63,102 nucleotides of DNA, filler included, from Globobulimina sp. (GCA_003354225.1; 42 parts of 42 records of this genome joined end to end with filler, not necessarily neighbours in it), one strand, 5' to 3'; positions 25,493 to 38,922 are shown, numbered from the whole stretch's first letter. Made by a program: numbers and translations. The notes: generated by a model from the sequence alone, not told the origin.

Positions 25493-25592
25493 NNNNNNNN
25501 NNNNNNNNNNNNNNNNNNNNNNNNNNNNNNNNNNNNTTAATTAATTAANNNNNNNNNNNNNNNNNNNNNNNNNNNNNNNNNNNNNNNNNNNN

Positions 25593-25938
25593 TATTTTTT
25601 GGACAATTCATTATCCAGTGATCGCCTTCTTTTTTGCATAATAAACAAAAATATTGATCTGGCACAGAATCAAATTTTATATTATATATTTTTGTTGTTT
25701 TTTCCATTTTATGTGTTGGCAATATATCATCAGCACTTTTAGGCGTTGGATAGTAATGAATTCGAACATTGCTATTATTATTATTATCGCGGTTGCCATG
25801 ATTATGGACGTATGTTACCGCCGAAAAATTACAAGCAAACATATTAAGATTTTCTGGTTCAATATATATTGGTTTCTGCGATAACTGCTGTTTGATTATT
25901 TGTAATCTTTTTTTAGCTTTATTCATAGTATCGGTCAT
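25593..25938 (-). CDS. Zinc-knuckle protein, truncated
   Basis: PDQYFCLLCKKEGDHWIMNCP (CCHC, RBBP6-like knuckle). Confidence 0.6.
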
Positions 25939-26076
25939 TGTTTATAACTATAATAAGTGTGATTTTTTGAGTGAATATCTCTGGCGAAATTGAATCGCAC
26001 TCTGTGAAGAACGTAGGATGGTGATTTAACAAATGTGTGAAAGAAATTAGGTTTTAAAAAAACGTTTTTTCCGGTA

Positions 26077-26959
26077 ATGATCGTTTTTGCTTTTATAACG
26101 ATATTATGTACATGTATTTGTATAGCGACTGGAAAGGAGAATTATTGTCCAGGTGATGAAGACGAACTGATTCCATCTCATTCATCACAAAGCAATTGGC
26201 CCGGATGGCATTGTCGAAGACACACAATGTCGTACAAAGGCAATTTGGATACTTTGAAGTCGATCGATTTTCAAGCCATCGAAAATGCGAATAAAACCAT
26301 ATTGTATGTTACATATATTTGGCATGCAACACATAGCAAAATTAAAACAACAAAGAAGGATTCGTTTGCGGAACAGAGAAATTGCAGAGATTCCATTAAA
26401 TATTTTGCAGCCATTACAAAGTTTGAAACAATTAGATTTGGATTTGAATGCCACGCAGCTCACTCCGCATATATTTGATACGCTGACCAATTTGCAACAT
26501 TTGAGTATTTATACAAATCAAGAAAGAATTCCACAAAATATTTTCGCACATTTAGGCAATTTAAAATATCTCAAATTACATATTCGAGCAAGAAAGTCGC
26601 GCTTAAAACCTCACCAAAGAGAATGCAAAGAATATGCAATTCCGAAATCTGGAGAAGGTGCTCTGAATGAAATGGTGACGACAGAATTATTCCGACCATT
26701 AAGGCAATTGCAATATTTATACCTCAGCTGTCAATGTCAAACCATTCCTGGCAAAATGCTAAGATATCAATCTCTAATAAATACGTTAATATTAAATGTC
26801 AACACATCAAAACTTCCAAGCAATCTATTTCAGGGAATGTATGATTTGAATTCATTACACATAAAATCGAGAAAGCATCATATTATTTTGCCACAGCGTT
26901 TATTTTATCATTTGCGATCTCTGCAAACATTGTATGTGGAATTAAACTCTATATTTTAA
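26077..26959 (+). CDS. Secreted or surface leucine-rich-repeat protein; probable intron from 26304
   Basis: Signal peptide ORF joins the LRR ORF (IPLNILQPLQSLKQLDL, IPQNIFAHLGNLKYLKL, LPSNLFQGMYDLNSL) via a GTATGT...AG intron. Confidence 0.75.
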
Positions 26960-27097
26960 TTTTGTATATATTTATTTTGTTTGTTATTAAGAGATATNNN
27001 NNNNNNNNNNNNNNNNNNNNNNNNNNNNNNNNNNNNNNNNNTTAATTAATTAANNNNNNNNNNNNNNNNNNNNNNNNNNNNNNNNNNNNNNNNNNNN

Positions 27098-28212
27098 ACA
27101 TTTATCAACAGATGTAACAACATTATTGATTGCATTCCATAACGAAGGTTGACTGAAACACATATAACCACCACCTCTCGGATTCTGCGTTGTTGCTCGA
27201 TTTAAATCGCCAGAACACACAATAGTCTTACTTTCCGTGGCAATCCTAATTGCATATTTTGAATGGTCATTCGTATTTGTGATACTTACACCATTTCCGA
27301 GCGTGATCGATTTAATATTCTCCTCATTGTACGCATACTTTGGTTTACAATATGAAGGCTCAAATGATGCCTCATTGGGCCAGGTTGACCATTCAAATCC
27401 AAATTTGTAATGTGGCGATATCACACTTTCCATAATATCCTTACTCTCTGATCCAGATCTTGTGAAATGCGTAAATGCTTTGCCTCCTTTGGAGGTAATG
27501 GCGGCAATACTTGTGCCTTGAGACCAACTGGCTTTCCCTACAGATGTGAAATTATTAATGGCTGTGCTCGTTGGATTAAGATTATTATAAAAATTGACAT
27601 ATGGCTGCATGTAACGCAATTGACCGCTCGCTCTGTTAATTATACTCAATGAGCCAATGGAAACACATAGGAAATTCTGCCCATATTTCTCCCCATTCGA
27701 CGCAAAAACATATTTTGCTGCACCGAGATTAGGAAATTTTGGCACTGCTTGAATTAACCAAAAACCTCCTGTATATGAGCAGATATTATCATGTGCAAAT
27801 GAGCAGATATTAGCATATACAAATGAGCGGGTTTTGTCATATACAAACCTGAAAATGCCGATGCATCATCGAATGATAATACACCTTTAACATGGCCCAT
27901 TTTGGAGGATGTTGTACCATTCGGATTTTCGTCGTTATAGCTAACATAATTTACACCTTTTTTATTGTTCCAAACTTGATTGAGAGTGCGTTCAACGCAG
28001 GAATTACTGCCTGCAGTTAATGTTTGTGTTCCTGGGGTTAATTTGGAAGCAGTACTGGAACCATCAAAATAGGAATATTTGGTTCCACCATTTGATTTAT
28101 AGGCGTACCACCAATCCACAACCTTACCAGAATTATCAATACATTGTAAATTACTCTTTACACATAATATTATTGCTAATAATGCAAAAAGGAAGCTACA
28201 AAATGGAGCCAT
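27098..28212 (-). CDS. DNASE2: Deoxyribonuclease II; intron 27769-27848
   Basis: Signal peptide, LQCIDNSGKVVDWWYAYK, GHVKG, GGFWLIQAVPKFP, YGQNFLCVS, DHSKYA, CSGDLNRATTQNPRGGGYMC. Confidence 0.9.
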
Positions 28213-28613
28213 ATCGTAAGATTAAGATTAAAAACAGTGGAATAAATGTTTTTGTCTGCGGAATAAATCCAATATCTAAGATCTCACGACGTTAGACTTG
28301 CGATGTGAATTTTGATCGATAGCCAAATACCTTTAAAATTTAAATTGTCGATCGGCTTTATTCCACAGACAAAAAGATTTAAACAACAAAAAAACAACTC
28401 CAACTCTACTACCAACTAACTTTCATTCCTCCGTCACACTAGAGGCCGCCGGTAAATTACAAAGGATCTTCTTCTTCTTCATACCGAGCGAGTATATATT
28501 AANNNNNNNNNNNNNNNNNNNNNNNNNNNNNNNNNNNNNNNNNNNNTTAATTAATTAANNNNNNNNNNNNNNNNNNNNNNNNNNNNNNNNNNNNNNNNNN
28601 NNTAAATATACAA

Positions 28614-29796
28614 TCAAATTACTGCACAAATCCACATAATACTACAACACTGTTTGCATTGATACTCATGTTCATCATTGTTTTTTGTTATATTTTTATT
28701 CTTATTTGGATGATAATGTTCATCTAAATTAGGTCTAAAAAATGGTACTTGATATAATGTGGAATCATTATTATCCCAAACAAATTTTTCCCAAATTTCT
28801 AAGCCTCGACAGAACCCAATATTTGGACATATCACATTTCTACGTTCAAACACAAATAAATATGATTCTCCCAATGTTAATCCGATGCATATCTCATCAT
28901 TGCGTTTACTGTCTTGTTCAATATTATTTGTATCATATTTTTCATCATTTGTTGTTAATTCCATTTTTTTATATTTTTTATATTTTTTCCTTGTCCGTTT
29001 TGTGACATCTTTATTATTTCTATGCTCTGAAAACATTTTTGCGGAAAATCCAGTCCCATTAAAATATTGTTCATTTATTTTTGATTTAATTTCATCGTCA
29101 AATACTTCTAATCTTTGTTGAATATGATTTATTATTTTTTGCTCTGTTTTATTGAATATAAATGAACGGGACATAAGATATGAAATTGTGATAGTCGCTG
29201 AACGTGAAATTCCTAAAAGCAAATAATACAAAAACATGTAAAAACATATATATATATTATCATATTATTCATATATAATATTATTATATAACAAACCCAT
29301 AGCACAATGAATTAGGATTCGTTTTTTTCTCTGATTTGGTTCTTTATTTATATCATAATTTAATGGATTACAAATATCAATAAAATCAGCAGCAGCTTCA
29401 AAATAATGATATAATTTTACTGTGCTTTCATCAAATACCTTAATATGAGCATATTGAATTATATCCGGAAAAGAACAGGGAATGGTCGCTTATAAGGGGC
29501 AAAATGAAGCAATTCGAGTATAGAAATAATGAAATCAAATATATGAACCATATACCTGTTATATTTAGAATGTGTGTTATATGTAACTGTTGTAACAATT
29601 CTCTTGACTTTGCATGATATCTATTGCCGAGATATAACCAATCCCCTAATATTACACTGGGATCACCCAATGTACTGGAGGATGAATTACTTGTTATGGT
29701 AAGTGTTGCGTTTTTCTTTGCTCTATCTGCAGGAATAAATATATCTGATAGTTGAATTTTTGGCCATTTTCTAGCTAAACCATCACGCGTTGACAT
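28614..29796 (-). CDS. Dual-specificity protein phosphatase, multi-exon
   Basis: PSVILGDWLYLGN...ITHILNIT; RILIHCAMG/ISRSATITISYLM (HCX5R across an intron); RRNVICPNIGF. Confidence 0.88.
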
Positions 29797-29857
29797 ATGT
29801 TTAGGTATTTTGTTAGCGCAAAAAAATTAAAAAAAGATCTATTAGACTACTGCCAAT

Positions 29858-29883
29858 TAAGTTCGGAGGCTTAACATTTGAAA
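29858..29883 (-). promoter_or_regulatory. Shared 26-nt upstream motif, copy 1
   Basis: TTTCAAATGTTAAGCCTCCGAACTTA, 61 nt before the phosphatase ATG. Confidence 0.55.
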
Positions 29884-30107
29884 ACCCATCTTTGTTTACT
29901 ACCGAAGGGCTTTAGCTGCAAGCGTTCTAAAAAGTGATTCTTGTCCCTTTGAAACATCTATCAAGATATATATATTCAAAAATTCATTTCAAAATTTGCT
30001 CTTACATNNNNNNNNNNNNNNNNNNNNNNNNNNNNNNNNNNNNNNNNNNNNTTAATTAATTAANNNNNNNNNNNNNNNNNNNNNNNNNNNNNNNNNNNNN
30101 NNNNNNN

Positions 30108-30876
30108 AACATTCACAAACTCAATAAATTGTACATTTTTGAAGCAAATCATTTGTAATTCGCCAGTATTTGCAGATAAATTACACGTAAAACAACTAAC
30201 TTCCAACAAGTGCAAAATACAAATAAATGAAGCATTGACATATCAGAATATTGAGTTAAAAGGCTCAGAATTTATATTTTCTGACCAAGTATACAAATAT
30301 GATAGCAATACCGAGGCCGTTCCGACAGAGCCACCCGTAATAGCAAGCACTGCCGACATAGCAACATATCCATTACAATCTGTATCGGCATCGTCTGAGT
30401 TTGTAACTTTTAATGAATTTAAATCATCATTTCATCCAAATTTAATTAATTATAAAATGTCAGAGTGTAAGTTGCGAACTTTGGAATCCTGCGATAGTTA
30501 CTGCAGCAACGCAAGTGGAGCCGGCATGGTATATTGTTCAGATTATGACGCAGACGAAGTAGAGCCGTATGGTTGTGATTATATTGGCATTGGTGACAGC
30601 CATCTGAAAGTACCACATTTCCAAATGCTATTAAAAAGAAACGGGTTGCTCGCCAGTCCCGCATCATCGCCAGTATTGCCAATAAAAAATAAGAATTTAA
30701 GTGATATGAGTGTAAAATCAGCGGTTCAGTATGATAGTAATAAATATTATATACCATATAAAGGCTATGGTTTGCATCAATCACAAAGTAATGTTTCAAT
30801 GAAGTCCCATTTGCCATGTGCTGGGAAAATGACAGTGGACTTTTCTGATGGATCTGTCGTTTGTTTTGATGATTAA
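30108..30876 (+). CDS. Hypothetical protein
   Basis: 245-aa ORF with no recognisable motif. Confidence 0.5.
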
Positions 30877-31280
30877 AGAGGCAAATAATGTTATTGACTT
30901 ATTGTTTGATTTGTTATTTTTTCCAGAGGGCTATTTTTGCTTTCTTTCCAATTAGATTTAGCCCACACAAATTGTACACAGATTTTTTTATGTTTATTTT
31001 AATTTTAGCAGAATTGAGAGGAGTTAATTTCTGGATGGAATACATCTATATATGTATTTTAGATCTAAAAACAAGGTTGTATGCATATGTACAACTGAAA
31101 CAATATACTTCCATTTGACCTTAGTTTCTATCTGACAGTATAGCGTTGTCATATGACCGTATATTGTTTCTATTTTGTCCATATTGTGTTTGCAAGTCCT
31201 TTCGCAGAACTTCCTCTCTTGAGTTCTCTCCATGACTCCAGCGTTCGATGAATTGATTGAAGCATATTCTTGATTCCACA

Positions 31281-31512
31281 ATGATTCCAATTCTAAACGC
31301 AAATCAAAAACGGATTTTTTTATGGAGCACACGTCGTGTACTATCTATGGCATTACATCGAGCAATATATCAATTAGATGGTATTAAACATTTTTGTGAA
31401 CCATTTGCTCTGCCATTTTATTTTGGTAAACAACGTAAAAGTGTACAGTTTGAACATAATCAAGAACTCTCACAAACATTCAATCCATGCCCAAAATATC
31501 CCAACAGCTTGC
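31281..31512 (+). CDS. Sulfotransferase-like P-loop protein N-terminus, truncated
   Basis: RIFLWSTRRVLSMALHRAI...CEPFALPFYFG. Confidence 0.6.
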
Positions 31513-31905
31513 NNNNNNNNNNNNNNNNNNNNNNNNNNNNNNNNNNNNNNNNNNNNTTAATTAATTAANNNNNNNNNNNNNNNNNNNNNNNNNNNNNNNN
31601 NNNNNNNNNNNNTAGTATGGATATCGATGCTGATAAACATTATCTGTGGATTGGTAAACACATTGCAGTTTTTGCAGCTGTTCCTTCGAATATTTTTTTG
31701 CAACAATTGCAATTAACACAAAATCAAAAACTTGAGTTATGAATACTCGAATATTTTTTTATTAACGGCTTCTTCTCTTTTTTCAAATGTAAATTAATTT
31801 CTGTTAAATTATTAAATCTATTTCTACTACGAAACCGAAAAACAAAACTTCCAACTTCACCACCACACCCTTTCCAACAAAACTTGCATTACCGCTTACC
31901 GACTC

Positions 31906-32862
31906 ATGTCAACCTTTGTGAAGAAAAAGAATAAGTGTGTATGAATTCTATTTGACAAAAGTGGATAATGATTTTGTGTATATAGATTTGATGGGATTAA
32001 ATCATCAATAAACAGCGGATTACATTATGGAAATGTGAGAATTATTCGTGAGTGACTTAATTGAGTATTCTTATGTTTGTGTTTTCCTCTACATACTATA
32101 TACAAATGATACAATCAGCAAAAAGAAAAGGAGAATTATTCCGAAGACTAAAGACAAAAGAAATGGTAACATTACTTCAATTATACGTTGATGAAACAAC
32201 AGAAAGTGAAAGCATTTCAAATCTCATTAATAACTGTAATACTTATAATGATGATTATGGAAAAGAAGAAAATTCTAATCCAATATTTGCTTTTTATGAT
32301 GGTGATGATGATGGAAATAATTATGATAACACTTATGATGATAATGGCAGTTCATTTTTGTTATTAGATATTCGCGATGAAGAAGAATACAATAAATATC
32401 ATATTAAGAGTGCAAAAAATTATGATACAACATCATTAAGAAGAGATAAATTAGGAAATGAGATTTATGCATTCAAAAATAAATCCGATAAAATTATTAT
32501 TATTTGTTGTGACAATCCGAACGATGGTATTAAATTTTCAAATGAATTATGTAACAAATATATTGATAACATTTTTTTTTTATCAACGTCTTTAGAACGT
32601 TTTTGTATCAGCTATCCTGATTTATGCGTTGGTCATTCCTTTCCAAAGAAGAATAATGATGATCCATTAAAGTTAGTCTCTTGAAAAACAATTAATGAAT
32701 ATATTGTGCAGATACATGCTATATAGAGCTACGATGCATTATGTTGATCGGAGACCGGGAATGAAGAAAGAAAAGAAAAGCCATCGTTCCTTCAATTCCG
32801 GACTGGCAATGTCTTTTATGAGTAATGCAACATGTATGAGTACAAGAACATGGAAACCGTAA
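31906..32862 (+). CDS. CEP41: Centrosomal protein 41 (rhodanese-like domain), multi-exon
   Basis: RKGELFRRLK, FLLLDIRDEEEYNKYHIKSA, YAFKNKSDKIIII, DNIFFLS; terminal exon ends WKP*. Confidence 0.8.
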
Positions 32863-33117
32863 AATATGTAACCTCAATTTGTTTGTGTGGAATGTCTTAA
32901 ATTATCTTTAATTTATTCATTTGCTTATTTAAATGTTTATACTGTAGATATAAATGATATAAGTGTTTGAAACACATTGTTTTTAAAATCCGCAAATTCG
33001 CAAGCCGTTTTGTTGGGNNNNNNNNNNNNNNNNNNNNNNNNNNNNNNNNNNNNNNNNNNNNTTAATTAATTAANNNNNNNNNNNNNNNNNNNNNNNNNNN
33101 NNNNNNNNNNNNNNNNN

Positions 33118-34242
33118 CATTGAGAATTTACCTCAAAAGCCGCATAATTCCACCTCGACCGCATTAGTAACATACAACAATACCTCCTCACAAATTGCCA
33201 GCCGTATCCCTCCAAAAAAGAAAAAACAAAAACCAGGATGGTATGTTCATGTCCTTTGCATAACTCCTTGCACCAATTATGAAATGTATTATGTCTGTAA
33301 CTACACAGGCATCGACCCTGGAAATTATATAAAATGATCTCTGGCCACCTCGGCTGGGTCCAATCGGTCTGTATGGACCCATCAAACGAGTACTTTGTGA
33401 CTGGCGCAGCCGATCGAACCATCAAAATCTGGGACTTATCCTCTGGCTCTTTAAAATTGACGCTTACTGGACACATTTCAGCCGTCCGCGGCTTGGCAAT
33501 CTCGTCCCAATCACCGTATATGTTTTCCTGTGGCGAAGATAAGAAAGTTTGCTGTTGGGATTTGACCCAAAATAAAATAATTCGCCATTATCATGGCCAT
33601 TTATCGGGGGTTTATTGCTTAGCGTTGCATCCAACGTTAAATATATTATTTACAGGGGGCCGCGATTCGAGTTGTCGAGTCTGGGACATTCGCACCAAAG
33701 CACAGATTATGGTGTTATCCGGACACAAACATACAGTGTTAACCTGCAAATCGCAGTCATTTCAGCCGCAAATAATCACCGGTTCTATGGATAAGACAAT
33801 GCGGACATGGGATTTACGCAAAAATGGCAAAACAATCACAGTGTTGACGCATCACAAGAAGTCAATAAGGGCTCTTGCTATACATCCAAAGGAGTACACA
33901 TTTATCAGTGGCGGTGGCGATAATATTAAAGTATGGAAGTGTCCAAATGCGGACTTTTTGAGGAATATGAAGGAGAAATCGATGAATATCATAGAAACGT
34001 TGGCTGTGAATGAAGATAATTTGTTGATATCTGGACATCAAACGGGACATTTAAAGTTTTGGGATTATAAAACTGGACATAAACAACAGGAGGTTTTGCT
34101 TGATCCGCAACCGGGTTCGCTACATTCAGAAGCCGGCATTTTAGCGTCGACTTTTGATATTACCGGAACGCGATTAATTACCACGGAGGCGGATAAATCT
34201 ATAAAAATGTGGAAAGCGGATAAAAATGCCGTTCCACCCTGA
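33118..34242 (+). CDS. PLRG1: Pleiotropic regulator 1 / Prp46 WD40 spliceosomal protein, 5' partial; intron 33241-33309
   Basis: [18 protein letters not shown]...[15 protein letters not shown]...[14 protein letters not shown]...[11 protein letters not shown]...[14 protein letters not shown]. Confidence 0.95.
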
Positions 34243-34656
34243 CACTTTGTAATTGTTTAATTAATAATTCTTTCATCTGGTTCATATCCTGGGACCTCTT
34301 CTGTCTCTGACATCGTCATTTTTATGAAAAACAAGTCGCTGCGCATATATTAATTTTCAAAATCATTGTCGTTTTTAGGAATTTCATGACTTTTAGATTT
34401 GCTGTGTGGCAGACACATTATAGGGCATGAAATGCGTTGCTGATTGGCAGAAGAATCGCAAAATTAGAAAAGGAATTTCTGAAAAAGAAGGATCTAAGGA
34501 AGGATATGATATATCTGAGAAGNNNNNNNNNNNNNNNNNNNNNNNNNNNNNNNNNNNNNNNNNNNNTTAATTAATTAANNNNNNNNNNNNNNNNNNNNNN
34601 NNNNNNNNNNNNNNNNNNNNNNACTCATTTACATGCATCGATATTCCATAAAAAAA

Positions 34657-36027
34657 TTAAAATATGATACCTTGTGACTGTGTGGAACCTTGTTGTAGCA
34701 TGACAGATATCGTAGGAATGCTCGACAAGCTCAGATTTGAATTACTTTTCTCATGTTCAGGAGCATCGGGTAGGTTTAATACAAAATGATCTTTTTTACT
34801 CCTCCGATGCACAATTTCTTCGATTTCCCTCTCTTTCTCCATTATGTATATCGTATTTGTCTCGTTCTGTTCTACTTTCTTCGTTGCGGTTAGACTTTCT
34901 TTGCGATGACTGTATGGAATAGAGACCGATGACATTGACAACGAGTCTTGATTATAAACTCGTCGTTTTTTATGTATTATCGCTCTGTGCCCCACAGATA
35001 TCTCTTTAGTGCACGTGTTCGATTGTGGTGTCGTATTTGGTGATGGCACCTATTCAAAAATAAAATAGCTGTGTCGACATTTTTGAACGTGTCCATGATT
35101 CGCAAAAGTCACTGGAAAAAAAACCTTAGTGACTCAAGCTTCCATGTTGAAATTTGCAAAGTAACAGAGACATACCGGTTGCATCATAATATGTATAGCA
35201 GGGTGTGGTTGTGAGGACTGTTGAGATGAAAACTGAGTTTCACCGCTTATTACATTTGAGGTTTCCGATACAATATTTGATACATCCTGCTGTAGATTAT
35301 ACGGTGCCGGAGACGGTGTTGTGTTTAATGTAAATGGCGAGGTAGCTCTGTTTGGATCGGATAATGGAATGCTTTCTGGCGAGATGGTATTCTTCTGTTT
35401 AACTGCAAAAATATATGATGAGAAACAGTGTTTCTTTTGTTTTTTTAATGGAGTAACACCTAACTTATATTTAACGCATTATTTTGTTTGTTTGGAATGA
35501 AATTTTGATTGAAATTGAGGTCGATGTCGACACTATTTTTGAGTGGATTTGTGTGTGAATTATCTGCAATTAATTGTGGTTCATGCTGTGCTGAAAGGGA
35601 ACGTTGTTCTTCTTCGACGTATTCAGTTCTATTGGCACGGGCTGACATATTACGGTTTATAATGCGTTCATTGCGCCACTTACAGTACATTATACAGAAT
35701 AATATGCCACAAATTAAGGCCAATCCACCTATAATTGTTACATCTATATATTTTGTGTGTGGTTATGGTTGAAAATGAATATAGGGATTACTTACAAACA
35801 TAATCAGGTAAATTTGATAGGAAATTGTTATCCTCACTGCTTGCTAACAATCGTCTGTTTGCAGTATGGACGCAATGACCATGACAGGAACAATACGGCT
35901 GTAATTGGTATATATTATTGCATGATTTGTGCGTTGAACAATGTATATTACATTTATTGGTTGATCTATGTGGTGACAATGATGTGATTGATAGATTATT
36001 GCATGCGTTGATATCATCGCAAAAGAT
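34657..36027 (-). CDS. Cys-rich type I membrane protein, multi-exon, partial
   Basis: Cys-rich exon at the contig end, TM IIGGLALICGILFCIMYC, Ser/Pro-rich cytoplasmic exons. Confidence 0.5.
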
Positions 36028-36127
36028 NNNNNNNNNNNNNNNNNNNNNNNNNNNNNNNNNNNNNNNNNNNNTTAATTAATTAANNNNNNNNNNNNNNNNN
36101 NNNNNNNNNNNNNNNNNNNNNNNNNNN

Positions 36128-37531
36128 CAGCAAGAATATAATTATGATACAACAATATATCAGGATGGAAGAACAAATACAGTGCAAGAAGAAGAGAAAT
36201 ATATTTGTAACGATGACTTTGTTCCAATATTTTACAAAGCCATAGCATCTGCATTCACTGTCAATGTATACTCCGAGGTTATCGACACAGAAACTGTAAC
36301 TACACCCATTCCATTATCAGTTTTTGATCGATATTATGACAAAAAAAATAATTGGAAATGTTCGAATTGTGGCAATGATAACTATGGGAATTATATATCC
36401 GGGAAAATGAATAACAAAACAGAGATATGCAATTTGTGTGGTATTAAGGAAATTGATTCTGTCATCATTCAATTAAAAGGCAATGAAACATATATTACAG
36501 TCAATGATGAGGATGATAAGTACTGTCCGGAAATTAAAATCGATGATCAAATTGATGCAGAAATATTTGATATCATAAATGAAAATAAATTAGATTTGTC
36601 ATGTCCTAAGGAATTGGATAGCAAAATAAAATGTAAATCTATGTTACGGTTAGCTAAAACATTGAAAATATATCAAAATTGGGTTAATAAAATCAAACAA
36701 AAAACCAATAAAAGCGATATTGATACAACAACAAATGTTAAAATTTTGCAACTGAGTAACGATGAATTTCATAATATTTTTATTGAATTAGCCAGTAATA
36801 TTAAACAAATAAACGAAGAGCAAATTGAAATAATAAAACAAATGTTAAATAATGATATTATAACTATTGAATTTTTCTGCCAAAGTGAGCGAAGACAGTT
36901 TTGTTATAAAATAGTACAGAGAACAAAAGTAAAAATGGGATATGTTGCAAGTTTATACAAAAAAATTAGAAACCGCTTATTTGTGGCGGCGCAAACCAAG
37001 CAATTTGGACAATTTTTTATTGATTCAAATGCATCCATAATCGATATGGATTATCATCATATTTTACGGTATCATATTAGTGATCAATTTGGCAATGTAA
37101 ATACAAAAGAAAATGTTTTTAAATATTTTTCAGATGTTTTAGAATGTGATTTAGAAGATTGTCAATCTAATGTTCGATATTCCGAACGAGAGCTACAATT
37201 TAAACAAACAGAGCAGTATTATACAGATAAAAGTAATAAAATGAATGATGCTGCAATTGATGATAGAATATGGCATTTGAAGCAACGATATGTACAAACT
37301 ACTTTAGATTTAGTTCATGTTTATTTTGTTCATCATGGTATTGATGAAACTCATGAAAGTGGTGATGATGATAAGTCTGATAATGAAGAGGTTAAACTTA
37401 ATAAAAACACATCGATTGAGATGGTTCCATTTTTACAAAACATAAAGATTGCGATAATAAGTACAACGGCACGACAAAACATAAAGATTGCGAAAATTAG
37501 TAATAAAGATAAATATGTGACGGATGCATCA
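36128..37531 (+). CDS. Hypothetical protein with RanBP2-like Zn finger and His/Cys motif domain; partial at both ends
   Basis: WKCSNCGNDN...CNLCG; DYHHILRYH...CDLEDCQSNVRY...DLVHVYFVH. Confidence 0.7.
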
Positions 37532-37631
37532 ANNNNNNNNNNNNNNNNNNNNNNNNNNNNNNNNNNNNNNNNNNNNTTAATTAATTAANNNNNNNNNNNN
37601 NNNNNNNNNNNNNNNNNNNNNNNNNNNNNNN

Positions 37632-38373
37632 NTCCTTTGCTATAATTATTTGAATTTGAACATGATTTCAAGGCTAAATTATGACAAATATCCATAAATT
37701 GTGGATCATTCATATTATTATTATTATCACAAACATATTTATCATATAGTTTCAATGCATAATCATAGCATTTATGATTAACGAATGCTTTCAATAATTC
37801 TGTTTTAATAAATTTATTCTCATCAGCATTGTTTATAAATTTCCTATCAATTATTATTTTTTTTATTTCTTGCAATTGATTTACATTACATTCACGAATT
37901 AATTTCATGATTAAATAATGATTTAGTTCAAATTTATAATTCCCATTTTGTTTCATGCGAATCATGTCCATCCATAGCAATATGTCTATGCATTTTTGAA
38001 TATTTTTTGATTCAATCAAACATTCAATAATCAATTGCAAACTGTATGATGTTAATATTTTATTATTTTTTATTAATATTTCAATATCATTCCAGCATTT
38101 TAATATTTTGTATGGTTTATGACTATTTATAAATAATTTCAGCATGCAATTGATTGATAAATCATTCTTTTCTTCTCTAATTTCATTGTATATTTTAAAT
38201 GCATCATTCATTATTTTGTCAGACACTGCTTTTGTTTTACCATTTGTATTAATTGTATGTGCGTTTAAGGAGGTGATACGTTTGGCTGCCAATGCATTGC
38301 TGATGTATGCACTGTTTGTACTGACATTTAAGGTCTTGTTTCGTATGAGTTTAGTTTTGCTTGCAGTTTTCAT
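37632..38373 (-). CDS. Pentatricopeptide-repeat protein (PLS-like), truncated
   Basis: DAFKIYNEI...DLSINCMLK, NKFIKTELLKAF...ALKLYDK, DICHNLALKSCSNSNNYSKG; basic N-terminal extension. Confidence 0.65.
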
Positions 38374-38534
38374 TCATACTTAAACTACAAAACTACAAAA
38401 CAATCCGCACTAAACACATTCCTCTCTTCTCTCCCAACAATCCCTTCACCAACAAGACCGAAATTAAATCACCATTTTATATTACTCAATTACAATAAAA
38501 GAAGGTAAGTTTGAATATAAAAGTACAATGTTTT

Positions 38535-38708
38535 TTATGTGATGATTGCCTGCTGCGCTCCGTCAATTTATTGTAGTTGCTTTAATCGTGAAGTAATATG
38601 ACATCAATCCCAATGAATATGGTCGAGATCTAAGGCTTAGCAGCCCATTACACTGAAACTCTCGGAGCTTATTCATTGTGCTGATTACGCAAATACCCAA
38701 CTGATTTA
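38535..38708 (+). ncRNA. Candidate box C/D snoRNA
   Basis: Box C GTGATGA 38539-38545, candidate box D CTGA 38701-38704; GCCTGCTGC and TCCGTCAATT are antisense to the conserved SSU rRNA motifs GCAGCAGGC and AATTGACGGA. Confidence 0.45.
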
Positions 38709-38922
38709 AATAAAAATATCATTTTTTTTTATCTGTTATTTTGCATGTTTCTCATTCATAAAAATCAAAAATAAACAGACGCTAAATCGCCCATTTACCG
38801 ACATGTTATAATGTGATGGAAGTATGACATTTCTTACGCAACAAAAACGATAAAACGTATTAAATTAATCAGCAAATAATGAATGTGTATGTTTTAATTA
38901 ATCTGTTAAATAAATTATAAAT

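Noticed and set aside
26077-26959. Apparent programmed frameshift between overlapping ORFs
   Set aside because: A GTATGT...AG intron from 26304 joins them simply
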